Notes under the pieces: model-generated
Seen by the model: only the letters and a program-made list of their open reading frames with translations
Databases searched by the model: none
Told to the model about the DNA's origin: nothing
In this document: positions 1 to 8,100 of the stretch, piece after piece
How the letters are laid out: every line of letters starts with the position of its first letter
Numbering within the stretch: position 1 is the stretch's first letter
Origin: Planctomycetota bacterium
GTDB taxonomy: Bacteria; Planctomycetota; UBA8108; UBA1146
Direction: 5' to 3'
NCBI GenBank assembly: GCA_036338595.1
Contig: JAYZBV010000019.1
Span: 1 to 55,549, forward strand
DNA: 55,549 nt
Translations under genes and position numbers: made by a program

Positions 1-22
1 GGGGGGGGGGGGGGGGGGGGGC
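1..22. other. Poly-G run at contig start, probable sequencing/assembly artefact
   Basis: 22 consecutive G at the window edge, typical of two-colour-chemistry read ends. Confidence 0.7.
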
Positions 23-226
23 CCCCGCCCACCCCACCCCCGCTTTCACTGGCGTCAGGGTGATTCGCTTCCTTCGCCCTGCATCGAAGGCTTCGCCTGG
101 TCGTGTGACCCGCTCTCTTCTTGCTGACCCCACTTCTCAACTCTACGATCCAGTTGCTCGATGGAACCAACAACTGGCTCCATCCAGTAATGCGGTCAGG
201 CGCTGGAGAATTGGTTGGGAGTGTTG

Positions 227-802
227 ATGGCGATCGCTTCGATTTGCGAACATTGCGGTTCAGGATTTTCTGCGCCAGACGCAAGCCTCGGCAGTGGGGT
301 TTCTTGTCCCACCTGTGGCAAGAAAACCAAGGTCCATGATGAGGCGGGTGTCCGTGAAATCGAGGAGAAGATCCGCAGCAAACAGAGACGGGAGCAGGAC
401 TACAGTTCGCGGCTAGCGCTTCTGAGGGAACTGGAGGAGAAGGAGCGCCATGATGGCAACAGGGGTGCGATCGAGGACTCGATTCGCAACTTTCAGCCGC
501 GCATGGGGACCAGAAATCGGCGGCTGAGGTTGCTGGGGCACATGTTGATGGTGATCGCCTGGACGATCTTTGGAGTTGCCCTGGTTCTCGCCGTCATCGC
601 CGCCATTGATCAAGGGGTCGGCGGAATGGTCGCTTGCACTCTGTTTGTGCTGGCGGGTGTGTTCGGATTTGCTGTCGTGAAGTTTCTCTCCGAGGCGAGT
701 TACTCTCTTGCAGAGATTGCCGACAGACAATGGGATATTCGTGCACTGCTGCTCGATCTATGCGAGGAACAGGAGCGGCAGAAAGAGAGCGAGAACCGCT
801 GA
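227..802 (+). CDS. Zn-ribbon protein with charged coiled segment and two transmembrane helices
   Basis: CEHC...CPTC at the N-terminus, E/R/K-rich middle, two hydrophobic helices near the C-terminus. ATG 227 follows GGGAG (ORF track starts at TTG 215). Confidence 0.7.
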   Translation: MAIASICEHCGSGFSAPDASLGSGVSCPTCGKKTKVHDEAGVREIEEKIRSKQRREQDYSSRLALLRELEEKERHDGNRGAIEDSIRNFQPRMGTRNRRLRLLGHMLMVIAWTIFGVALVLAVIAAIDQGVGGMVACTLFVLAGVFGFAVVKFLSEASYSLAEIADRQWDIRALLLDLCEEQERQKESENR

Positions 803-819
803 CTGCGGTTCTCGGACCC

Positions 820-1326
820 TCACTCGGTGAAGAAGAAGTCGAGAGCACCCTTGGCAGAACTCCCGAACTCCTTATCCAGTGAGACCTTCTTCTGAGGCCT
901 GTTGCGGATCTCCTCGAAGATGGCGTCCAGTTTCTCGCAGGCGGCGCGTGCATAGAGGCGAACCATTCCGACAGTGGTCTGGTCGTCGAAGACGGTCGCC
1001 ATGATGGTCCTGTTGCCGACCATGGAAAGCTGGATGCTATCGCGCTTTCCCTGGTGGAAGAGAACCGAGAACTCGTCCTCTCCCAGCAATTTGGCCATCT
1101 CTCGGGTTGCTGCGTACGATCCTGCGACCAGGGCAGCGACGGTTTGCTCGTCGATGGAATCTGTATCTCCACCGCTGGTCACCATGTGCCCTTCCTTGTC
1201 GATGAGCAGATTGCACTTGCTGCCACTGAGCTCGAGAAATTCTGCGAGAATGACATCGATCTGTTCGATGTCGTCGCTGTAGAAGACTATTCGCTGGTTG
1301 CGTAGATGATCGCTATCGGTAACCAC
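820..1326 (-). CDS. mglB: MglB-type Roadblock/LC7 protein (GAP for MglA)
   Basis: LLIDKEGH, AALVAGSYAATREMAKLLGEDEFSVLFHQG and VFDDQTTVGMVRL closely follow Myxococcus/Thermus MglB; adjacent to mglA. Confidence 0.9.
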   Translation of the reverse strand: MVTDSDHLRNQRIVFYSDDIEQIDVILAEFLELSGSKCNLLIDKEGHMVTSGGDTDSIDEQTVAALVAGSYAATREMAKLLGEDEFSVLFHQGKRDSIQLSMVGNRTIMATVFDDQTTVGMVRLYARAACEKLDAIFEEIRNRPQKKVSLDKEFGSSAKGALDFFFTE

Positions 1327-1346
1327 TGTACTGTTTCCTCCCGTGC

Positions 1347-2282
1347 TCAGGGCATGATCCGGATGATACCGGCGAGATGCAGCAACACGGTTGCTGCGAC
1401 GATCGAGGTCAGGACCAATCCCACAACCATCGATGTGCGACGCTTTCTGCGCCGAGGAGATGTAACGAGTACTGGTCGCGCACCATTGGATGCGGTGCGT
1501 ACCGTTGGCGCCTGAGCGACGTTTCTCACGGCACTGACCGATGCTCGTGTCCGGGCGCCGGCTCCAGATACCTTCGCTGCTCCCTGGGCGTGCCTGGTCA
1601 CGGCCCTGGAGGTGGCGACTGCAGTAGCAGTGGCGCTACCACCTGAGGAGCTTGCAGAGCCTTTGGGTGCCACCACCGAGGGGGACCTTCTCGGGGCGTG
1701 GTTCTCATTGAGAGATTCCAGCACCATTCCGGCGAGTCTCTTGAGGGTCGGAAAGACACCCTGACCATCGCGAGCTACCGCCTCGAAGTGGGGCGCATCC
1801 CAGCTGTTGAGTGCTTCTTCCAGTTCCTCGACGCTGTAGACATCCGGCAGGTCTCGCTTGTTGTATTGCAAGATGATCGGCGTGTTGGCGATGTCGAGCC
1901 CATGCTCCTTGAGGTTTTCCTCCAGGTTTTTCAGGCTCTCGATGTTTTCATTCATCTTGCCTCGCTTGGAGTCTGCGACGAAGACGACTCCATCCGCTCC
2001 TTGCAGCACGAGCTTTCGAGTGGAGTTGTAATACACCTGCCCGGGGACGGTGTAGATCTGGAATTTCGTCTTCATCCCAGCCACCTGTCCCAGGTTGAGG
2101 GGGAGGAAGTCGAAGAAGAGGGTTCTGTCACCCTCTGTTGCGATGCTGGTGAGGTCGCCGACACTGGTGTCGGGTGCCTTCTGGTGTACCACCTCGAGGT
2201 TCGTGGTCTTGCCACTGAGCCCCGGGCCGTAGTACACGATCTTGCAATTGACTTCTTTCAGCGAGAAGTTGATCTGTACCAT
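1347..2282 (-). CDS. mglA: MglA small Ras-like GTPase with ~120-aa C-terminal extension ending in a TM helix
   Basis: KIVYYGPGLSGKTTNL (G1), TEGDRTLFFD (switch I with catalytic Arg), TVPGQ (G3), NKRD (G4); tail RRRKRR followed by MVVGLVLTSIVAATVLLHLAGII. Confidence 0.93.
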   Translation of the reverse strand: MVQINFSLKEVNCKIVYYGPGLSGKTTNLEVVHQKAPDTSVGDLTSIATEGDRTLFFDFLPLNLGQVAGMKTKFQIYTVPGQVYYNSTRKLVLQGADGVVFVADSKRGKMNENIESLKNLEENLKEHGLDIANTPIILQYNKRDLPDVYSVEELEEALNSWDAPHFEAVARDGQGVFPTLKRLAGMVLESLNENHAPRRSPSVVAPKGSASSSGGSATATAVATSRAVTRHAQGAAKVSGAGARTRASVSAVRNVAQAPTVRTASNGARPVLVTSPRRRKRRTSMVVGLVLTSIVAATVLLHLAGIIRIMP

Positions 2283-2317
2283 GTTTCACTCTCCATGATC
2301 GTCCGAAACCCTGTTTG

Positions 2318-2674
2318 TCAGGAGATCCGGAACTCGAGGATTCCGCTCAGCCGTATTGCAATGCTGCGGATTTCTAAAAGACCTGTATTCAATTCAAGGC
2401 CCGCATGAGTCATCACTGCGAGCGTCGCTCCTTCGAGGTTCATCAGTAGCAGGTTGCCGCCTTCTGCCTCGAGGATCACTTCCTCCGGCACTTCGCCCGA
2501 GCAGTGCATCGCCGCGCGATTCACCGCGAGCCGTGCCGTCGAGGAAAAAGCTGCAACACACTCCTCGTCAATTTCTTCCGAGAGCCGCGAAGCTACCGGA
2601 ATGCCATCGTCAGTCATCACCATGCTTCCGAGCACTCCAGGGATCGCGTTCAATTTCTCCAGCAGCGGGTTCAT
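2318..2674 (-). CDS. Stand-alone Roadblock/LC7 domain protein (MglB/MglC-like)
   Basis: 118 aa; LNAIPGVLGSMVMTDDGIPVAS...EECVAAFSS...EVILEAEGGNLLL fits the roadblock pattern; ATGA overlap with the upstream gene. Confidence 0.85.
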   Translation of the reverse strand: MNPLLEKLNAIPGVLGSMVMTDDGIPVASRLSEEIDEECVAAFSSTARLAVNRAAMHCSGEVPEEVILEAEGGNLLLMNLEGATLAVMTHAGLELNTGLLEIRSIAIRLSGILEFRIS

Positions 2675-3711
2675 CGAATCGTCTCCCTTCCCCGGTCACT
2701 CTCGAGCCAGCGGCCGAGTGAGGATTCAAGCGATTGACGCTTGCAATGAGAGACGATCATCGATCCTGATTCTGCGAGACCGATCAGCACTCCACCGGCT
2801 CCCCGGGCGGTGAACTTCGAGAACTCTCCCAGTCCCATCCTTGGAGTTGCCTGGTAGAGCGACCCAGTGAGCACGGAGAGGGTCTCCGTCATCTGCTGAC
2901 CGTGATCTGCCCCGTCGCTGCAGGCGACCAGCGAGCGGGAGGCATCTACTTCCCAGACATCGAACTCTCCAGGAGCGGAGATCAGTTGTCTGCTGGTTTC
3001 ATCGTTGGTCGGAATCGAACCCGTTTCCCAGCGAAGGAACAGTTCCTGAACATTCGTCGTGTTTTCAGCAGGTTGGATTTTTGTGAGAGCATTCAGTGCC
3101 AGCACCATCGGGTCCGATGGCGAGATCCTGGAGATGGGGCGGAGCACCTTCGAAGCAGCGACCGGTGCACGCAGCAGCAACAACAACATCGCCAGGGCTC
3201 TCAGGCATTCCCCATGTCCAGGATGCAATTGGCACGCCTTGGAGAGGTATCTCAGTGCATGAAGCCCTGCAACGGAGTCATCCTCGCGACGGAATCGACG
3301 AAGGAATCCTCGAGCGATGGCCAGGTAGCCCTCGGGATTACAGGGGTCCTCTTCGATGGCTGCATGGGCCCAGCTGGTGGCCCCGGATGCATCTCCCAGG
3401 AGGTTGAGCGCAGCAGAGAGGTGCGCGGCGTCGGCTGCCGAATATCTGGACTCGACGGCGTCCTGCAAGGATGCCAGCGATGCCCTCGCACGGCTTCGCT
3501 GGTACCGATCGAGTGCAGCCTCGCCCTCATTCCATGGGTAATACCGCACGGTTCCGGCACGCAGGAGTTGGGTGGCGTCGAGGTGATCGCCCTGATCATC
3601 CAGTAACTGCGCTCGTTCCAGCAGCCGGGTTTCGGCACCTGGGGCGAACAGTTCGGCGAGATGTTCATCGCTGGCGCGAGGGCGCTTCATCCAGGATTCG
3701 ATGATTCCCAA
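2671..3711 (-). CDS. TPR-like protein with a probable degenerate C-terminal Roadblock domain
   Basis: TPR-like helices (AAIEEDPCNPEGYLAIAR, LSKACQLHPGHGECLRALA) and a C-terminal b-b-a-b-b-b-a pattern. Start placed at TTG 3711 after GGAGG (alternative ATG 3690), because the ORF-track start overlaps the upstream gene. Confidence 0.65.
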   Translation of the reverse strand: MGIIESWMKRPRASDEHLAELFAPGAETRLLERAQLLDDQGDHLDATQLLRAGTVRYYPWNEGEAALDRYQRSRARASLASLQDAVESRYSAADAAHLSAALNLLGDASGATSWAHAAIEEDPCNPEGYLAIARGFLRRFRREDDSVAGLHALRYLSKACQLHPGHGECLRALAMLLLLLRAPVAASKVLRPISRISPSDPMVLALNALTKIQPAENTTNVQELFLRWETGSIPTNDETSRQLISAPGEFDVWEVDASRSLVACSDGADHGQQMTETLSVLTGSLYQATPRMGLGEFSKFTARGAGGVLIGLAESGSMIVSHCKRQSLESSLGRWLESDRGRETIR

Positions 3712-3769
3712 GGATCCTCCGGAACTGATGGTGGAATTGGAGAAATTGGTCCACGGTCTGTACCCAAGA

Positions 3770-6700
3770 CTACGATGGTCCTGCCTTCGGCGGCAAATCG
3801 CCCTTCCGCGGCTTCCTGTCAAAGATGAGCAGTGATCCCTGCTGGTCGGAGACGACCAGTTTGCCACCTTGAAATACGGTAGATGTCCAGGGTGTCAGCC
3901 CGCGGTGTGCCCATAGTGCGCTGCCGTCGCCGAGGTCAAAGATCTGCAGGTTCTGATCGACACCGACGATGGCGACGCGGTCCTCGGTGACGGCGGAGTT
4001 GATCGGATCGGCGGGACCAGTACTCGACCAGATGATGGTGCCCGTTTCAGGATCGATTCGCTCGACGGAGCCTTCCCTGGAGATGCGTACAAGCACATCC
4101 TGTGTGCAGAGTAGAGTGTCCTCAGCATCGACCCTGGTCGGGACACTCCAGATCCTTGCGCCGCTGTCTCCTGAGTATTTCTCGATGGTCGAGCCAGCGG
4201 CGATGAAGATCGAATCGCCCATCACGATACTAGCGGTGGGTTTGTTCGGCAGTGGTGTGATCCACAGAACTGAGCCTGTTGAAGCGTCGACGCCGGTCAG
4301 GGCACCGGGCGATGCGATGACGAGTCCACCGGCCGCGGTGAGAAGTGCTCCCTTGCGAAGGCTGTCGAACTCACGATTCCAGAGCGGTGACAGCGATTCA
4401 GGTTCGAAGGCATGTACCATCCCGCTTGAGGTGATGACTGCGAAGATGGAACCGGCTGCAACGGGAGTATCGCGGACGATGCCGCCGTTGGTGGCGATGC
4501 GACTGCGAGAGAGGATGGCACCACTCTCGAGTTCGACTCGAATCAGATGACCTGTCGTTGTTGCCAGCAATACGCATCGATCCATCGTCAGTGCTCCAGC
4601 GAGCAGATCGCCAGATCCAGCGATAGAGAGTTGCCACGACTCTTCCAGACCATCGATGGAGAAGCCATGGAGAGTCGACTGGCGGTCAACGACCACCAGC
4701 GCCTCTCCATCGTTGGCAAGGATCGTCTCGATGGGGTTCAGCCCCGATACCGTGTGATCGGGAGTTCGCGAGAGCAGGAACGAGATCGAGTCGTGTTGGC
4801 CCGGGGTGTGCCAGAGCAGTTGAGATCCGTGCCCGGGGCTCTCTGCCGTCATCAGGACCGGGTTGGCTGCTGGTAGCAGCACCGTGCTGGCTCGATCGTT
4901 GAAGTGTCGGATGTCCATCGGCTCACCATCGGCGAGGATCCTGGTCGCCGCAGGCACCATATCGATGGGGATCTCCAGTTTCAGGTCATCCAGGAGGGGG
5001 GAATGGGGGAATTCTCGAACCATCTCCAGGTGTTTTTCAAGAGCCCGCTGATGTTCCCCCATCTCGCTCAAACGTAACGAGTGATCGAAGAGGAGTCTTG
5101 CCTCTTCGATGTACTGGATCATCTCGTTGCGTGTTTTCTCGATGGAACGTTGTGTTGTCAGAGGCAACCGATCGATCTTCAATTCCTCGATGACATCGAG
5201 CGCTTCGACCAGTTTCCCCTCATTGCGTAGCTTGAGTGCCAGAGAGATGGAACGCTCCATGGCTACCGGTGGTGCCGATGGGGCGGGTGCCGGTTCAGAA
5301 ACCGAGATCTGCGATGCGATCCGAGGCCTGGACTGGTCGGGGCCCTCTGCACGGACCTGCTCGGGAGTGATGGCATCTTGATATGCAACCAGGAACGCAA
5401 CCAACGCAAATGCAGCTGCAAGAAGTACGCCACCACTTCGCCGGGCGGCACTCCCGTTTCTTGCGAGCCGATGGCGCCAGCTACGGTGGGCTCGAGGGTC
5501 GATCGACTCAAGAAGCGCCAGCACATCTTGCAGCGACTTCTTGTCTCTGTTCTTGCGCACTCCTTCCAGCAGCAGCGAGTGAATCAGTCTGGATGCGCCC
5601 TCCGTGTCGCCGCCAGCAATACGCAATCTGGCACAGTTTTTCATCCAACGTTTGTGCAGACCCGGATCGCCGCCGTAGCTCGATTCGATGACCTCGGCCA
5701 CGCGCAGAGCATCCCGTGGATGCTCGACGGCGTCATGCAGGCGAACCAGCAACCGTTCGCTCTCTCTGCGCCCTTTCCCGCCCGGAAGTGCCAGGATCAG
5801 GTCTATCAGGGCATCGATGTCCCTTGGCATCAGATCCGCTCGCTGGCGCAAGGCCTTGCGGGTGCCTGAGAGATCGCCCGCATCTCGTCTGGCTTCGGCG
5901 AGCAGCGCGAGCACCTGCTGGCGCTCTTCGATCGGAGCCTTCTCCTGACGCAGCAGCGGACTCAGTATCTCCAGGCAAGCTTGATCTGCATCGCCGAAGC
6001 AGATGGTACTTCGCAGCACCTCCACAGCTCTGCCTGGCAATCGTTGTTGAATCAGACGGTCTGCCAGCGCTTTCTTCTCCGTGGTTGGCATCGGTTCGAG
6101 CAGACCGCGCTCGACCAGGTTCCTGGCCGAGTTGAGGGCCAGGAAGCGAGGTGTTCCTGTCGATCGAATCACATCATGCAGTGGGCATGACTGCTGTAGA
6201 GCCCTGACGAATTTGTTGCGCAACGGTTCGAGTGGCAAGGTTGTTTCGATGGCTCGAGCCAGGCTGTCGACATCTGCAGTCGAGAGGAAGATTTCGTGGG
6301 AGTGAATGTTTGTCTGCTTGAATCTACTTTCCTCATCTTCTCTGCGTGCGACTTCGAGAAGGAGTGACGGGATGGGGAATCGCAGTGAGGGGGAGACCGC
6401 TTCTCCGGTGAAGAGTCGATCTTGTTGCCAGGGGCATACTTCGAAGCGGTAACTGGCTTCCTGCCACCGGAACAGTTCGAGAATTCTCTCCAGGAGAAGG
6501 GTTCGGATCGGGCCGATCACCATCTGTGTGTCGAGCAACCGGAATCGCAGCAGGGCATCCCCCATCGCGGTCTTTCCCTGATTGGCCAGGATGTTGGCCA
6601 GTTCCTCCTGCTGGAGAATGTCGAGCCCGGTCAGGATCTCGCCGAGCAGGCAGGATCCCCGATCGGAGTCGGCGAGCAATTCCACACCGCGTGGATCGAT

Positions 6701-6817
6701 ACCGAGACGTATGGCCAGATCACCGCTCTCTATCGATAGAATGCCGCTGTTGCGGTTGGTATCGAGACCCTGGAGCAGGGCCGAGAGCGGTAAATTTTTG
6801 ACGTCACCTTGGAGCAT
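3770..6817 (-). CDS. DUF4388/PATAN + TPR-like, single TM, periplasmic PQQ/BamB-like beta-propeller protein
   Basis: N-terminal LQGDVKNLPLSALLQGL...SGILSI and LLGEIL...LELFRWQEASYRFE (DUF4388-like); TM GGVLLAAAFALVAFLVAY at ~aa 461-479; repeats of type D..TG...W (DASTGSVLW, GDSGARIW, DPETGTIIW, DLGDGSALW). Confidence 0.75.
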   Translation of the reverse strand: MLQGDVKNLPLSALLQGLDTNRNSGILSIESGDLAIRLGIDPRGVELLADSDRGSCLLGEILTGLDILQQEELANILANQGKTAMGDALLRFRLLDTQMVIGPIRTLLLERILELFRWQEASYRFEVCPWQQDRLFTGEAVSPSLRFPIPSLLLEVARREDEESRFKQTNIHSHEIFLSTADVDSLARAIETTLPLEPLRNKFVRALQQSCPLHDVIRSTGTPRFLALNSARNLVERGLLEPMPTTEKKALADRLIQQRLPGRAVEVLRSTICFGDADQACLEILSPLLRQEKAPIEERQQVLALLAEARRDAGDLSGTRKALRQRADLMPRDIDALIDLILALPGGKGRRESERLLVRLHDAVEHPRDALRVAEVIESSYGGDPGLHKRWMKNCARLRIAGGDTEGASRLIHSLLLEGVRKNRDKKSLQDVLALLESIDPRAHRSWRHRLARNGSAARRSGGVLLAAAFALVAFLVAYQDAITPEQVRAEGPDQSRPRIASQISVSEPAPAPSAPPVAMERSISLALKLRNEGKLVEALDVIEELKIDRLPLTTQRSIEKTRNEMIQYIEEARLLFDHSLRLSEMGEHQRALEKHLEMVREFPHSPLLDDLKLEIPIDMVPAATRILADGEPMDIRHFNDRASTVLLPAANPVLMTAESPGHGSQLLWHTPGQHDSISFLLSRTPDHTVSGLNPIETILANDGEALVVVDRQSTLHGFSIDGLEESWQLSIAGSGDLLAGALTMDRCVLLATTTGHLIRVELESGAILSRSRIATNGGIVRDTPVAAGSIFAVITSSGMVHAFEPESLSPLWNREFDSLRKGALLTAAGGLVIASPGALTGVDASTGSVLWITPLPNKPTASIVMGDSIFIAAGSTIEKYSGDSGARIWSVPTRVDAEDTLLCTQDVLVRISREGSVERIDPETGTIIWSSTGPADPINSAVTEDRVAIVGVDQNLQIFDLGDGSALWAHRGLTPWTSTVFQGGKLVVSDQQGSLLIFDRKPRKGDLPPKAGPS

Positions 6818-6963
6818 CCCGGCACATCGGAGCCCGGGCCGGGGACTCCGCCTTCAGAAAAGATTACGACGCACAGGGCCGAAGCGTCGAGTCGGTTCCT
6901 TGCTCCTGCCCTGCGCCGGTGAGTAGGATCAACGCACATCAGCCCGATACACGGAGGAGAGCC

Positions 6964-8097
6964 ATGAACACGACAGACGAGGCCCAGCTCATCATCGACG
7001 CCAGCGAGAGGGAATCAGACCTTCTCTGGGCATCCGGCTTCCTCGCCGGCGATGCGTTCACCTGGGTCAAGGATGCCCGCGGCAGTGCGGTGATGCTGAC
7101 TGATCTCGAGTTCGGGCGTGGAGAGAAGGAGTCGAGCGTCGATGAGGTACTCGCCTATTCTGCGCACGAGAAAGCGGCACGCTCGGAAGATGGGGGTCCG
7201 GTGCCGTTCGAGGAGGTTGTGCTGCAGTTGCTCCGGGAGCGTGACATCCAGCGAGTGCGCGTGCCGGCGCGTTTCCCACTGCAGGTAGCCGACCATCTCC
7301 GACGCGCCGATGTCGAGGTGTGCTGTTCGCGCGATCCATTCTTCCCGGAACGATCGATCAAACGAGCCGACGAGATCGCTTGTCTGGAGGAGTCTCAGGC
7401 TGCGACAGAAGCGGCGATGTTGATGGCGATCGATGCAGTGAGACGAAGCGAACCCGGCGAAGGCAATGTACTGCAACTGGACGGCGAGCCGCTCACATCC
7501 GAACGGCTCAAGTCGATGGTGCGAGCCTTCTTGCTCGAGCAGGGCTATCAGATCGGTCCCTTCATCATCGCGCCGGGGGATCAGGGTTGTGATCCGCACG
7601 ATGTGGGAAGTGGTCCGCTTCACGCACAGGAGACGATCATCATCGACATCTACCCCCAGCACATGACTCATCGATACTGGGGGGACATGACGCGCACCGT
7701 TGTCCGAGGAACTGCCTCCGATCAGCAGAAAAAGATGCATGCTGCCGTGCTGGAGGCTCAGCAGAGGGCCATCGACATGATCCGCCCCGGCGCCAGTGGA
7801 GATGCGATCCATCAGCGCGTCCAGCAGGTCTTTGTCGATGCCGGTTTCCCGACCGAGAAACGAGACGGTACCTGGGTCGGATTTTTCCATGGCACAGGTC
7901 ATGGGGTCGGACTCGACATCCACGAGTCGCCCCGGATTGCTCGAAACGGACCGGTGCTGGAGGAGGGCATCGTCGTCACCGTCGAACCGGGACTGTACTA
8001 CCCCGGCCTCGGTGGCTGTCGGCTCGAGGATGTGGTGCTGGTGACCGGGGATGGGTGTCGCAACTTCAATCGCGCTGGCAAGGATCTGGAGGTCTAG
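6964..8097 (+). CDS. Xaa-Pro peptidase, M24 family
   Basis: IIIDIYP...YWGDMTRT, FFHGTGHGVGLDIHESP, TVEPGLY...GCRLEDVVLV; ATG 6964 after GGAGGAG. Confidence 0.9.
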   Translation: MNTTDEAQLIIDASERESDLLWASGFLAGDAFTWVKDARGSAVMLTDLEFGRGEKESSVDEVLAYSAHEKAARSEDGGPVPFEEVVLQLLRERDIQRVRVPARFPLQVADHLRRADVEVCCSRDPFFPERSIKRADEIACLEESQAATEAAMLMAIDAVRRSEPGEGNVLQLDGEPLTSERLKSMVRAFLLEQGYQIGPFIIAPGDQGCDPHDVGSGPLHAQETIIIDIYPQHMTHRYWGDMTRTVVRGTASDQQKKMHAAVLEAQQRAIDMIRPGASGDAIHQRVQQVFVDAGFPTEKRDGTWVGFFHGTGHGVGLDIHESPRIARNGPVLEEGIVVTVEPGLYYPGLGGCRLEDVVLVTGDGCRNFNRAGKDLEV

Positions 8098-8100
8098 TCG

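Noticed and set aside
1..45. G/C-run region as a G-quadruplex or other biological element
   Set aside because: Located at the contig edge; most simply a poly-G artefact
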